From assembly GCA_963706445.1 (NCBI GenBank), contig OY970160.1:352001-416000 (forward strand): a stretch of 64,000 bases of DNA, written 5' to 3'. Origin of the DNA: an uncultured Nitrososphaerales archaeon. GTDB taxonomy: Archaea > Thermoproteota > Nitrososphaeria > Nitrososphaerales > Gagatemarchaeaceae. Below the pieces are notes generated by a model. It was not told the origin of the DNA. It did no database searches and worked only from the letters and a program-made list of their open reading frames with translations. The stretch's first letter is position 1; each line of letters begins with the position of its first letter. Below, piece after piece: positions 47,014 to 56,761 of this stretch. The translations under genes were made by a program, and so were the position numbers.

Positions 47014-47472
47014 TTGGCCAGACTGGACGACCTTGACATGAAGATTCTCTCTTCCCTTTATGCCGACGCTTCTGTCTCGGTCCCTAAGCTGAGCAAGGAG
47101 ATGGGGGTGAACCTCTCCGTCATGTACAGCCGGATAAAGCGGCTCCAGAAGAGGGGGGTCATCGAGAAGTTCACGGTCCTCGTGAACGAAGACAACCTTG
47201 GCATGAGAGCCGGGGCCTTGGCGGGGCTCACCATCGACCCCAAGCAGAGGGAGACGGTACTGAAGGAGGTGGAAAAGGTCGAGGGGGTCCGCCTGATCCG
47301 CGAGGTGACCGGGCGCTTCGACATCATTGTCAACTTGAAGGGCCAGTCCCTGGACGAACTGCACAGGGCAGTCTACGACATCATCGGCAAGATATCCGGC
47401 GTGATGCAGACCGAGATTTTCATGGAGGTCTCACGGAGGAACCCGCCTGTGAACTTCAAACTCGTCGAGTAG
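47014..47472 (+). CDS. Lrp/AsnC family transcriptional regulator
   Basis: LDDLDMKIL..L..DA, RIKRL...GVI, VTGRFD. Confidence 0.93.
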   Translation: MARLDDLDMKILSSLYADASVSVPKLSKEMGVNLSVMYSRIKRLQKRGVIEKFTVLVNEDNLGMRAGALAGLTIDPKQRETVLKEVEKVEGVRLIREVTGRFDIIVNLKGQSLDELHRAVYDIIGKISGVMQTEIFMEVSRRNPPVNFKLVE

Positions 47473-47513
47473 CCGCTAACACTCAATAAGACCCTAGGAC
47501 GGTCGCCAAATCC

Positions 47514-48197
47514 GTGGACCCGCTCATTCTACTAGACCAGGCCGTAGCCCAGGAGAAGATCCCGAGGGCGATCGCAAAGAAGGTCCGGATGAGGCTCCAC
47601 TACGTCCAGGGCGCGGTCAACCGGGTCGAGAAAGCAAGCGGGATCAAGTATCCCCCATACTACGTCGAGCCTGTCCTTCCCGTGTCGAGGGGAGGGGGGA
47701 GTTACGGTCAGATGGGAGTACTCTTCGCCAGGGTCATCCCCACGACGGCAACGGGGGGCGTCGTGATCCTCGTGCAGTTCACTGCTGCCCTGGTGCTCTA
47801 CGGGACCAAGGCCACCATCGAGGCCGTCGCCGCCCACGAGTTCACCCACTACATCGATCTGGTCAGGAAGCTCAGTACCACCGACATTGTCAGCGACGAG
47901 GCTGCCACTACTCTCTACGAGGCTTCGTTCGCCGACGCCGAGCGGACGGTGCCCCCCAAGCTGATTTTCGCGGATAAGGCCCTCGTAGCCCTGGTCAGCC
48001 GGAAGTTCAAGAACGACCTCACGGACCCCGCGTTGAACAAGAAAGTGGGGAACTTGTGGATAGCGAAGAACCTCCCCATCCGGGAGGTGGGGTTGGAGGA
48101 GAACCGCGTGCGCTTGCAGATGAAAATCGTGGCGGGGACGAGGTTCGACCCCGCGGTCCTCTCCAAAGTGGCTGAGCTCCAGAAGGCCGCCAGTTGA
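47514..48197 (+). CDS. Hypothetical protein with a HExxH zincin-like motif
   Basis: AVAAHEFTHY; host-like codon usage. Confidence 0.75.
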   Translation: MDPLILLDQAVAQEKIPRAIAKKVRMRLHYVQGAVNRVEKASGIKYPPYYVEPVLPVSRGGGSYGQMGVLFARVIPTTATGGVVILVQFTAALVLYGTKATIEAVAAHEFTHYIDLVRKLSTTDIVSDEAATTLYEASFADAERTVPPKLIFADKALVALVSRKFKNDLTDPALNKKVGNLWIAKNLPIREVGLEENRVRLQMKIVAGTRFDPAVLSKVAELQKAAS

Positions 48198-49819
48198 GAC
48201 TATCCGAGGACGAGCGGACGACCATCAGCAGCATCGCGTCTACTCTCGTTGAACCGCAGAAGATCTCTGCCATCGCCGGGTACGGGTCCAAGGTCGCGGG
48301 GTATGCTCGTTCAGATTCAGACTACGACATCATCGTGGTGGCCAAGCGGTTCCGCGAGGGGGTCCGGTACAAGTACATCGATGCTCCCGTGGCTGCTTCC
48401 GCCCTCGTCGTGGACGAAGGTATGCTCATGCAGGACGCCCGGTCTTCCTACCTGGGGGAGTTCGTAGTGGGCCGGCTCCTCAACGTCTACGAGCCGATCC
48501 TGAACGGGGACCTGTTCAAATCGGCAGAGCTGGAGTATAAAAAGCGGGTGATAATCGAAACACTCCTGGAGCTGTCATCGGACTACGGCGAATTCGGAAG
48601 CCACCTCCTGGTCCCCTACGAGTATTTCCTTTTCGACAAGCTCCACAAGAGGGCTGCCATCTATCCCCCTGCCACCTATAGCTACGTGAACACCTACACC
48701 TGCCCGAAGGGGGACGAGAACAGGGCGATCTCCGTAGAGGGCTTCGCCGCTGCGGCGGCCTCACTCCAGCCCAAGGGATTCCTCGAAGCCCGCCCCGAAG
48801 GAGTGAAGATGGCGCCAAGGAAGCTGAAGGCTGACGCCTTCACCCAGGTCCAGTCGCTGTTCGACCTCACGACGCGGGGTGTGACCCAGTATGCGGTCCA
48901 CGGCTACGCCGGCAGGGTGGGGCCCGGGGTGTTCAGCAGGGAAGCGCTTTCAAAGCTCAGAAGGATGAGAGAAGCCCCTCTGGCATTCCTCCCGCTGGAA
49001 AGGCCGAGGTCCCTCCTCAGGTTGGAGAAAGGTGCCTTCGTCCCTGACGCGTCCCTGATTACTGAAGAGCTTGCCAGACTGCTGGGGTTCGAGAGATACT
49101 CCACCCAGGAGAAGGACATCGGTGAGCCCTACTCTACAACGAGGGTCCTGACATTCACTGACTCGTTGAAGTCAAGTTCGGTGGTGGTGAAGAACTATAC
49201 TGACGTGAGGTCCCTGAAGTGGGCCCTCCTCGGGATCTGGGCATCGACGGCCAACAAGTTCAGCACCGCCCCGGTCTCTCGGATGGAAAGGGAGTACGGG
49301 ATGACCCTTGCGCTGGGGGACATGGGGATGCAAGTCCCGTCCGTGATCGCTGTCGCCCCGGCCGAAAGGATACTTGTGAAGGAGTTCATCGGCGGGCCGA
49401 CGCTTTCGAGTATGATCAACGGCATGCTGAAGGGGTCCACCGAGGGGTCAGAGCAGGTCTCGGCCTACGGCGGCATCATGGCCAAGGTCCACGCCAAGGA
49501 CATCGCCCTCGGAGACACCAAGCCCAGCAATGTCATCGTCTCGGGCCAGGGGCTGTACCTGACTGACCTCGAGCAGGCCTTCCGGGGCGGGGACCAGGCC
49601 TGGGACATCGCCGAGTTCCTGTTCTATACGGCTAAGCTCTCCAACAGGGAGGATGCCATGAAGAGGGTGGCCATCCTGTTCCTCGAAGAATACGTCAAGA
49701 CGGGAGACCGGGCGAGGGTGGAAAGAGCAAGAGGTCAGAAGTACTTCGGGCCGTTCCGGCCCTTTCTTACGCCAGGGATGGCGAAGATGCTCAGGGACCT
49801 GCTCTCGTCCTACGCCTGA
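48194..49819 (+). CDS. Fusion of a pol-beta-type minimal nucleotidyltransferase and a RIO/Bud32/Kdo-like kinase domain
   Basis: [16 protein letters not shown]; VVVK, KEFIGG, GDTKPSN, TDLEQ, WD. Confidence 0.8.
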   Translation: MRLSEDERTTISSIASTLVEPQKISAIAGYGSKVAGYARSDSDYDIIVVAKRFREGVRYKYIDAPVAASALVVDEGMLMQDARSSYLGEFVVGRLLNVYEPILNGDLFKSAELEYKKRVIIETLLELSSDYGEFGSHLLVPYEYFLFDKLHKRAAIYPPATYSYVNTYTCPKGDENRAISVEGFAAAAASLQPKGFLEARPEGVKMAPRKLKADAFTQVQSLFDLTTRGVTQYAVHGYAGRVGPGVFSREALSKLRRMREAPLAFLPLERPRSLLRLEKGAFVPDASLITEELARLLGFERYSTQEKDIGEPYSTTRVLTFTDSLKSSSVVVKNYTDVRSLKWALLGIWASTANKFSTAPVSRMEREYGMTLALGDMGMQVPSVIAVAPAERILVKEFIGGPTLSSMINGMLKGSTEGSEQVSAYGGIMAKVHAKDIALGDTKPSNVIVSGQGLYLTDLEQAFRGGDQAWDIAEFLFYTAKLSNREDAMKRVAILFLEEYVKTGDRARVERARGQKYFGPFRPFLTPGMAKMLRDLLSSYA

Positions 49820-50094
49820 GTCTTCTGGATGTACGTCGTGTACCCGCAGTGCCCGCAGGTCAGCCTGTTCCCGTGCTGGGCCATGAAGTACCCCTTCCCG
49901 CACCTCGGGCACTCCTTCCTCAACCTCGTCAGGGACTCCCCGTCGACCTTGTAGAGCTTGTAGACCTGTATCCTTCTCTTGGGGGCCTTCGGCTTCACCT
50001 TCTTCTCTGGCTTCTTTTCCTCGACCGGGGCCGCCGGTTCAGGGGTTGGCGCTGGCGCAGGAGCTGGTGCCGCAGGCGCGGGCTTCTTCGACAT
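49810..50094 (-). CDS. rps27ae: 30S ribosomal protein S27ae with Pro/Ala-rich N-terminal extension
   Basis: CPRCG.GYFMA.H..R..CGHCGYT. Confidence 0.95.
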   Translation of the reverse strand: MSKKPAPAAPAPAPAPTPEPAAPVEEKKPEKKVKPKAPKRRIQVYKLYKVDGESLTRLRKECPRCGKGYFMAQHGNRLTCGHCGYTTYIQKTQA

Positions 50095-50096
50095 GC

Positions 50097-50444
50097 CTAC
50101 TTCTTCTTCGCCTCAGGCGCTGGCGCCGGTGCAGCTGCCTTCTTTCTTTCCTGCTTGAGCTTATCCCTCTCCTCCTTGGTAAGCAACCTCTCCGCAAGGT
50201 ATCTCGGCTCGACCTTCTTCTTTGATTCAGCAGAGCCGTAGACGTAGAACTTCCCGACCGCCTTTGTCGTCCCTGACTGCCCGTCCATCCGGATCAGCGC
50301 AACGTTCTCCGCCGGGACCCCCATTACCTGGGCCACCGAGGCGATTACCTCCTTCCTGGTCAGCTTCCCCGCCTTTCCGTCGACCGTCATCTCTACGTAG
50401 GACCTGTCGAGGACCTTCGACTCGGACTTCTTCTCCACCTGCAA
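50097..50444 (-). CDS. rps24e: 30S ribosomal protein S24e
   Basis: G...VY.S.E...VEPRYL; position between the DUF359 gene and rps27ae. Confidence 0.88.
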   Translation of the reverse strand: MQVEKKSESKVLDRSYVEMTVDGKAGKLTRKEVIASVAQVMGVPAENVALIRMDGQSGTTKAVGKFYVYGSAESKKKVEPRYLAERLLTKEERDKLKQERKKAAAPAPAPEAKKK

Positions 50445-50483
50445 GTTGGGCGACCCGATTTCTTCGAGGATATTAAGTTGAAG

Positions 50484-51005
50484 TCAGCTTATGCCCTTGA
50501 TCCCCATCTCGGCGAGGATTGCCCTGTCCCTTGCTTTCGCGATCGCCGTCGCTTTCACTACCACCACCCCCACCCCCGGCTGCCCGTAGAGAACCGTGGC
50601 GAATACAGGGGCCATGGCTATGGCAAGCATCGCCATTAGGTCCTCCTCCCCCTCAACAAGGACCCTGACAGGCTTCTTCCCGACGAATGCCTGTCTCATC
50701 CCAGAAATTGCCCCTGCCGTAAGCATCCCGGCAGGGTTCTTCACCTTCACGAGCTTCGCATAGGGGACCTCAGGAGGGGTCCTCTTCATCCTCCTCTCGA
50801 CCCCGTCCACGACCTGCATGTCAGGGGTCCTCCCCATGGCGCCGACGGTGTCGGTCACCCTGTCTCCGACGGTGACGATCATGGGGGCAGTCTCGACCAG
50901 ACCAGCGAACTCCCGGCCCTTCGTCTCCTCGCCGGTGAACACACGCCCCAGGGGGGCTGCGAGTTTGGAGCGCATTTTTTCCGGGAGCCTGTACAGCCGG
51001 CGCAA
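50484..51005 (-). CDS. GTP-dependent dephospho-CoA kinase (DUF359)
   Basis: VGDRVT, VVDG, NPAG, GEEDL, YGQPG.G. Confidence 0.92.
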   Translation of the reverse strand: MRRLYRLPEKMRSKLAAPLGRVFTGEETKGREFAGLVETAPMIVTVGDRVTDTVGAMGRTPDMQVVDGVERRMKRTPPEVPYAKLVKVKNPAGMLTAGAISGMRQAFVGKKPVRVLVEGEEDLMAMLAIAMAPVFATVLYGQPGVGVVVVKATAIAKARDRAILAEMGIKGIS

Positions 51006-51009
51006 GGGG

Positions 51010-51195
51010 CTAACTTACCTTCAGAGCGTATCTTCCCGGCTTTGTGATGCTCAGGGTCTTTGCGACCTGAGATTTGTCCGGATTGATTATGATGACAAGC
51101 CCCGACCACTCGTTCGAGAGCTCAGTCGAACCGTCGTTGGGGCAGGCCTTCTCGGTTGTCAGCGTCCTGCACTTCCTGCAAGCCAGCTCCTTCAT
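51010..51195 (-). CDS. spt4: Transcription elongation factor Spt4 (RpoE'')
   Basis: ACRKC, W.GLVII..P..S.VA, PGRYA. Confidence 0.95.
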   Translation of the reverse strand: MKELACRKCRTLTTEKACPNDGSTELSNEWSGLVIIINPDKSQVAKTLSITKPGRYALKVS

Positions 51196-51199
51196 TGTC

Positions 51200-51784
51200 T
51201 TACTTCTCCGCTCTTTCTTCTGTCTTGCGCGCCTTCGCCGCCTTTCCTATCTCTTCGTCGATCCATTCGAGTGCCCCGAGGAACGGCTGCCTGCAGGTCA
51301 CGCCTATCTTCCCCATCGAGATGCCGTGGCCAAGGCTCACCGCCGTGATCCTGACCCTCACCTTGCTCCCGACCCTGAGTGTCCTCTTGCTCTGGGAGGC
51401 TGTGATTATCCCTGACTTCACATCGCTTGTTAGGTAGTCGTCCATTATCTGGCTCAGGTGCAGCAGCGCGTCGGCCGGGCCTATCCTTACGAAGGCCCCG
51501 AAATCCGTGACCTCCACTATCTCCCCTTCGACGATTTCCTGCTTCAGGGGGAAGAAAGAAAGGACCTGGAAGTTGACCCGATGGTAGGTGGCCCCGTCCC
51601 CTGCGATTATCTTGCCGACCTTGTCGACATCGACCTTCGTCACCAGGACTAGGTACCCGTGGTCCGGGTTGATGGTGCTCTCATACTTCAGCTTCAGCAG
51701 GTCCATGGCCACCCTCTCGAGGGGAGTGTTAAACCTGTCAGGTGGGACCCTGACAACGTCCGCGAGTTCGACTAGTTGAAACAT
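51200..51784 (-). CDS. rpoE1: DNA-directed RNA polymerase subunit E' (Rpo7)
   Basis: GDGATY, S1 domain FGAFVRIGP.D.LLH.SQ, RQPFLG. Confidence 0.96.
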   Translation of the reverse strand: MFQLVELADVVRVPPDRFNTPLERVAMDLLKLKYESTINPDHGYLVLVTKVDVDKVGKIIAGDGATYHRVNFQVLSFFPLKQEIVEGEIVEVTDFGAFVRIGPADALLHLSQIMDDYLTSDVKSGIITASQSKRTLRVGSKVRVRITAVSLGHGISMGKIGVTCRQPFLGALEWIDEEIGKAAKARKTEERAEK

Positions 51785-51862
51785 GAATTCATCAGAATTG
51801 AGAGACCCCTTCGACTCAGCGATTTTAATCTTTGGTGTGGATGAGACGAAAAATCTCAGGGT

Positions 51863-52642
51863 CTAGGCCAATGACGGTGGGAGTCTCCGCTTGTGCTCGG
51901 TCATCCGGTGCATTTGGAGGACCTTTTCGACCACCCCTATTGGAACGCCTGCCTTCGCTGCGGCAGCTGCCGGCTTCGCCTTTAGGTCAAACAGATGGTG
52001 GAGGACGACATCCAGTTTGTCGTAATCGGCAGGGAGCTCATCGGAAGCCTTGTGCCCTGGCCAGAGTTGTGGAGAGGCGGGTTTCTCAACGACTTCTCTC
52101 GGAAGGCCGAGGTAAGCTCCGAGCTCCCGCACCTGGGACTTGAAGAGGTGCGCGATGGGCAGGAAATCTACCGCCCCATCTCCTGACTTCGTAAAAAAGC
52201 CGATCAGTTCCTCGCTCCTGTCCCCTGTCCCCGCGACGAGGTAGCCGAGCGAGTTTGCGTAATAGTACAAGATGGACATCCGCACCCGGGCCTCCACGTT
52301 CGCGCGGGCGACCTTCGTCCCCTCGATCTTCGCAGAGCCGGTCAGTGCCTTTGCGATGCCAGAGATCCCAATCTCCTCCGCTCTAATCCCCCAGGAGTCT
52401 ACCAAAACTCGCGCGTCTCTCAGGTCCTCCTCCGGGGTGTGGTCCGAGGGCATGAGCAGAGCCATGACCTTCCCTTTCCCGAGTGCCCTCACGCAGAGTG
52501 CTCCCACCACGGCGCTGTCGATGCCGCCGCTGATGCCGACCACGACCCCCTTGGCACCGGCTTCATCGACCACACCTCTTACGAAAGTTGAGATCCTTGT
52601 TGCTTCCTTCGAGGTTTCAATTCTGATTCGGGGAGGGGCCAA
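51863..52642 (-). CDS. nadE: NH3-dependent NAD+ synthetase
   Basis: SGGIDS, NVEARVRM, TK.GDG, EHKR. Confidence 0.95.
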   Translation of the reverse strand: MAPPRIRIETSKEATRISTFVRGVVDEAGAKGVVVGISGGIDSAVVGALCVRALGKGKVMALLMPSDHTPEEDLRDARVLVDSWGIRAEEIGISGIAKALTGSAKIEGTKVARANVEARVRMSILYYYANSLGYLVAGTGDRSEELIGFFTKSGDGAVDFLPIAHLFKSQVRELGAYLGLPREVVEKPASPQLWPGHKASDELPADYDKLDVVLHHLFDLKAKPAAAAAKAGVPIGVVEKVLQMHRMTEHKRRLPPSLA

Positions 52643-52694
52643 CTCAGAGGCGATCCGGCGGGACGCGTTTTAACTCCTTTCTGACGCATCGCGG

Positions 52695-52889
52695 CTATCG
52701 GATTCTCTTGACCGAAGAAGAAATGAGCTGGCTTACGGACTTCCCTCTTCTCCTGGAGTACCAGACCACGAGCGCGACCGCCAGGACCGCGGCGACGACG
52801 ACGCCACCGACGATGGTGATTGCGATGAGGATGAGTGTTGCGATCAGTGTAGAGATAGCTTTTCTTCGTGACGTCCTTCCGAATTTCAC
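52695..52889 (-). CDS. Archaeal class III signal peptide (pilin N-terminus) mini-protein or remnant
   Basis: RRKA|ISTLIATLILIAITIVGGVVV; only 64 aa. Confidence 0.6.
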   Translation of the reverse strand: MKFGRTSRRKAISTLIATLILIAITIVGGVVVAAVLAVALVVWYSRRRGKSVSQLISSSVKRIR

Positions 52890-52955
52890 GAAGCTTTTCG
52901 ACCCGCCGAGTTATTTATTCAGGGTGAAGTCTGAATTCTGATTTCGGCTCGCAAG

Positions 52956-53330
52956 TCAACCTAACGCGACCCTTCCTTTTCTCAGTGTGATGACCCGCTG
53001 ATGGGCACGCTTCGCCGCCCGTGTCAGCTCTGAATCGACTGTCGCCACCATCGCCCCGCAGGTGACCGCCGCCGATACGATTTCGTCATCGACCCGCGCA
53101 GACCCGCATGGGTCCACTTCGAACTCCGAAGCCATCTCGAGGGACAGCCGCGCGACCCGGGATTTCTTCCCCTGGCCGAGAGCAATCTTCTCCAGCTCTT
53201 CCTTCACGCACTCGAGCATGACGGGCTGAAACTTCCCGACCCCGTCTACAATGTCCTCGTACCAGGTTGTCGGGTGTTCCACGACTGCCATAAGGAAACT
53301 GCTGTCGAAGAGGACCTTCTGCAACGTCAC
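52956..53330 (-). CDS. PIN-domain protein (Fcf1/Utp24-like)
   Basis: VLFDSSFL, V.EEL, VDD, VATVD.EL; canonical position after aIF2gamma. Confidence 0.88.
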   Translation of the reverse strand: MTLQKVLFDSSFLMAVVEHPTTWYEDIVDGVGKFQPVMLECVKEELEKIALGQGKKSRVARLSLEMASEFEVDPCGSARVDDEIVSAAVTCGAMVATVDSELTRAAKRAHQRVITLRKGRVALG

Positions 53331-54589
53331 TTCAGCACGCCGGAGCCGATGAGGCGCCACCTCTCGGCTATCCTCCTGCTGATGGCCGCTCTCATCCCCG
53401 CTTCTATGGCTACGGGCTTCTTCAGGTCGGCCTCTACGATGTCCCCCCTCACCGACGTGGCGACAGCCAAGGTCGAAGCGGTTCCCAGGTTCAGTCTAAT
53501 CGTCTCTGACAGCTTCACCTTCTCGACCTTCACCAACTCCGCGGATCCCACCGCTGTCTCCAGGAGCGTCACGTCGAGGGTGACGTGCTCGAGGGTCTCT
53601 GGGAGTGTCCCCGGCTTGCCCAGCACGCTCCCGACCATCTGGTCCCCCTTGATGTATGTCGGGTCCAGGTGCGTCCCGACCGCCACCAGGCCCCCGGGAC
53701 CGACCTTCTGGGCATCCCCCGCTCCCGTCTGCAGACTAGAAACGCGAGTAATGATCGGCTGGTACTTGCCGCTCCTTTCGTCCACCATGCCGGGTCTCAC
53801 CTCCACCTCGTCCCCCACCCTGAGCTCCCCATGGGTGAGACTCCCGCCGAGGACTCCGCCGGAAAGGCTGACGATTTCAGCCCCCGGCCTGTTGACGTCG
53901 AAACTCCTTACCACGTACATCAATGGGCTGGCTCCTGCGTCCCTCTTTGGGGTGGGGATGACATCCTCCAGGGCCTCGATGAGGGCGTCTATGTTGAGCC
54001 GCTGCTGGGCTGATATGGGGACGATGGGGGCGTCGGCGGCCACGGTCCCCTCCACGAACTTCGATATGAAGGCCTGGTTCTTCTTCGCCTCGGCGTCTGT
54101 CACCAGGTCGATTTTGTTCTGCGCAATGACTATCCTCTTCATCCCGAGCATCTGCAGGGCCTGCAGGTGCTCCCGGGTCTGCGGCTTCGGGACGGGCTCG
54201 TTGGCCGCAATCACGAGCAGCGCCCCGTCCATCAGGAATGCGCCCGCCAGCATGTTGGTCATGAGACTCTCGTGGCCGGGGCAGTCCACGAAGCTGACGG
54301 CGCGCAAGAAGGCAGTCTTCCTCCCGCAGATTGGGCACTTCGGGCTGGTGGAGTAGGACCCAAAACCGTGGTCCTGGGAGCACTTGTAGAACGCCGCATC
54401 GGCGTACCCCACCTTGATTGTGATGCCACGCTTCAGCTCTTCGCTGTGGGCGCTCGCCCAGACCCCGGTGATGGCCTGGGTCAGGCTCGTCTTCCCATGG
54501 TCAACGTGGCCTGCGGTACCTATGTTCACTTCCGGCTGCTTCGGAAGCAGCGGCTGGGGCACGGGCTCGGCTAGCTTCTGCTCGGACAT
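53327..54589 (-). CDS. eif2g: Translation initiation factor 2 gamma subunit
   Basis: GHVDHGKT, RGITIK.GY, DCPGHE, QTREH, NKID, WRLIG.G. Confidence 0.97.
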   Translation of the reverse strand: MSEQKLAEPVPQPLLPKQPEVNIGTAGHVDHGKTSLTQAITGVWASAHSEELKRGITIKVGYADAAFYKCSQDHGFGSYSTSPKCPICGRKTAFLRAVSFVDCPGHESLMTNMLAGAFLMDGALLVIAANEPVPKPQTREHLQALQMLGMKRIVIAQNKIDLVTDAEAKKNQAFISKFVEGTVAADAPIVPISAQQRLNIDALIEALEDVIPTPKRDAGASPLMYVVRSFDVNRPGAEIVSLSGGVLGGSLTHGELRVGDEVEVRPGMVDERSGKYQPIITRVSSLQTGAGDAQKVGPGGLVAVGTHLDPTYIKGDQMVGSVLGKPGTLPETLEHVTLDVTLLETAVGSAELVKVEKVKLSETIRLNLGTASTLAVATSVRGDIVEADLKKPVAIEAGMRAAISRRIAERWRLIGSGVLK

Positions 54590-54659
54590 TCTCGGGCTGC
54601 CACGGCTCCAGCCCTTTTTAAATCAGCGAAGGCCAGAACGCCAACCGGAAAGAAGCGGT

Positions 54660-56627
54660 TCATTTTAGCTCCCCCTGCCTTCTCAGCAGATTGACGATGC
54701 GCGGATCGTGCCTGGCCTGCTCGAACATCGGTGAGTACATCAGCTCCATCAGGGGCAGAGAATGCAGCTTGAAGGCTTGCTCCATGCACTCGAAGAAGGC
54801 GTCCACCTCGCCCAGGGCGAAGTAAACGAAACCTGCATGAAACATGGTGAGCTCTCCTCCGCTGCCGCGCTTCTCGAGCCGGTCGATGGCCATCCGTGCG
54901 CCTTCATTGTCTCCCCGGCGTGCCGCCAGGAATCCCCGGTACATCTCCGTCCAGACGCTCTCCGGCCTCAGTCGTTCCAGCTCGTGGACGGTCTCCTCCG
55001 CCCTAGCGTAATCCCTCTTTCCAAGGTAGTACTCTGTGAGGTAGGCGTTCGTCCTGAAGGGGATCAACGGCTTGGTCCGCTCCCAATGGGCGACCGCAGC
55101 TGCCTCCCTCCCGGCATAGAGGTAGGCGCGCCCAAGAAATGCGATCACATTGACGTCCAGGGGGTCGACCTGCTGGGCAGTTTCGAGGAGCCTGACCGCT
55201 TCGCCGATCCTCCCGTCCCCCGCCTCTATCTGGGCGAGCCATCGATAGGGGTCTGACAGGCTAGGATTGAGCTCAACGGCCCGTTTGGCTTCCTTCCCTG
55301 CGTCGCTAATCTTGTCGTCCCCGAGGAGGAGCCCGGCGAGTACTGAATGTGCCTCGGCGAGGTTGCTGTTCAATGAGTGCGCCTTCGCCAGCTCTTCGCG
55401 GCCCCGGCGTACGGAATCGATGTAGGGGAGTGCTCCTTCAGCGCCGAGCCACAGGGTGCAGTCTGATATTCCCACACGGGCCCTCGCGAAGTTTGGGTCT
55501 CGTCGGACGGCTGATTCGAAGAAGGCAAGCGCCTGGCGGATGGTCGCTTCCGAACCCTTCTCACCGAGGAGCTTCCGCCCGTGGAGAAAGCTGGTGTAGG
55601 CCTCCATGTCCTGGGTGTCTGGGGGCTTGGAGAGCGTAGGCGAAACCCCGGTGATTGGCGGGAGAAGGTGCGTCTGGTCGGGGGCGGTGATCTTCCCCTC
55701 GAGGGAGGCAGCTATCTTCGACGCAATCTCGGTCTGGACCGCGAAGACGTCGTCCAACTCCCTGTCATAGCGGTCCGCCCAGATGTGCTCTTCCGTGGCC
55801 GTTTCGATGAGCTGGACAGTTATCTTGATTCTGTTCCCTGCCTTGCGGACGCTCCCCTCGACGAGGGTACCAACTCTGAGCTCTTTGGCGATCTCCGAGG
55901 CCTTCTTCTCAGTCTTCTTGTAGCCCATGACTGACGTCCGGGCTATGACCTTGAGGTCCCGTACCTGTGAGATTCTGTCTATCAATTCCTCTGTCATGCC
56001 GTCTGCGAAGTATTCGTCGGCGGGGTCCGGGCTGAAGTTGTCAAAGGGAAGGACCGCTATCCTATCCCTCGGGAGCTCGCTCTTCTGGGTGGGCCTGGTC
56101 GCCGGCCCCCCTACCCCTGAGACCCGGTAGACCTCGATGGGGACGACCACGTTCTTGAGTTCTGGGACTCCAAGCGACTCGAACTCATATTCGACCTTGT
56201 TGACGACGGTCTGGTAGACCTGGGCGCTCACGCAGACCCCGCCCGGGGGTGAGAGAGGCTCGATTCTTGACGCGACGTTGACAGCGTCCCCGGCCACGTC
56301 CTCCCCTTCATGGACGACGTCACCGAGATGAATCCCGATGCGGACGGTTATTCTTCTGTCTTCAGGCTTGGAAGCATTCTTGTCCTTCAGTACTGACTGG
56401 ATTTCGACGGCACAGTTGACCGCTTCGAGGGCGCTCGCAAACTCCACAAGGAAGGCGTCGCCGATGGTCTTCACCTCTCGGCCGTTGTGCCTTGAGAGGA
56501 TGGGTCTGATCAGTCTCCTCTGTTCATCGACCAACGCGAGGGAGAGAGTTTCGTTCTTCTGCCCCAGCGAAGTGTATCCGACCATATCGGTGAACATGAT
56601 CGCCGCCAGCCGCCGTGTTCCTTCCAT
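54660..56627 (-). CDS. Class III adenylate/guanylate cyclase + TolB-N-like domain + TPR repeats
   Basis: MFTDMVGYT, KTIGDA, RIGIHLGD, GDAVNVASR; IAVLPF.N.S...EYFADG.TEE; TPR-like helices. Confidence 0.9.
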   Translation of the reverse strand: MEGTRRLAAIMFTDMVGYTSLGQKNETLSLALVDEQRRLIRPILSRHNGREVKTIGDAFLVEFASALEAVNCAVEIQSVLKDKNASKPEDRRITVRIGIHLGDVVHEGEDVAGDAVNVASRIEPLSPPGGVCVSAQVYQTVVNKVEYEFESLGVPELKNVVVPIEVYRVSGVGGPATRPTQKSELPRDRIAVLPFDNFSPDPADEYFADGMTEELIDRISQVRDLKVIARTSVMGYKKTEKKASEIAKELRVGTLVEGSVRKAGNRIKITVQLIETATEEHIWADRYDRELDDVFAVQTEIASKIAASLEGKITAPDQTHLLPPITGVSPTLSKPPDTQDMEAYTSFLHGRKLLGEKGSEATIRQALAFFESAVRRDPNFARARVGISDCTLWLGAEGALPYIDSVRRGREELAKAHSLNSNLAEAHSVLAGLLLGDDKISDAGKEAKRAVELNPSLSDPYRWLAQIEAGDGRIGEAVRLLETAQQVDPLDVNVIAFLGRAYLYAGREAAAVAHWERTKPLIPFRTNAYLTEYYLGKRDYARAEETVHELERLRPESVWTEMYRGFLAARRGDNEGARMAIDRLEKRGSGGELTMFHAGFVYFALGEVDAFFECMEQAFKLHSLPLMELMYSPMFEQARHDPRIVNLLRRQGELK

Positions 56628-56761
56628 CGTCTGACCTATCGACCGAGGATACCGTTCGATATAAGCAGGCAAGACGACTAAGAGAGTCGCTCCAAGAAGA
56701 GGGAAGCAACGCTACTCGGAAACGTCTTTCAAGTCCTCCCGCGCATCTTGGCCCAGTCGAT

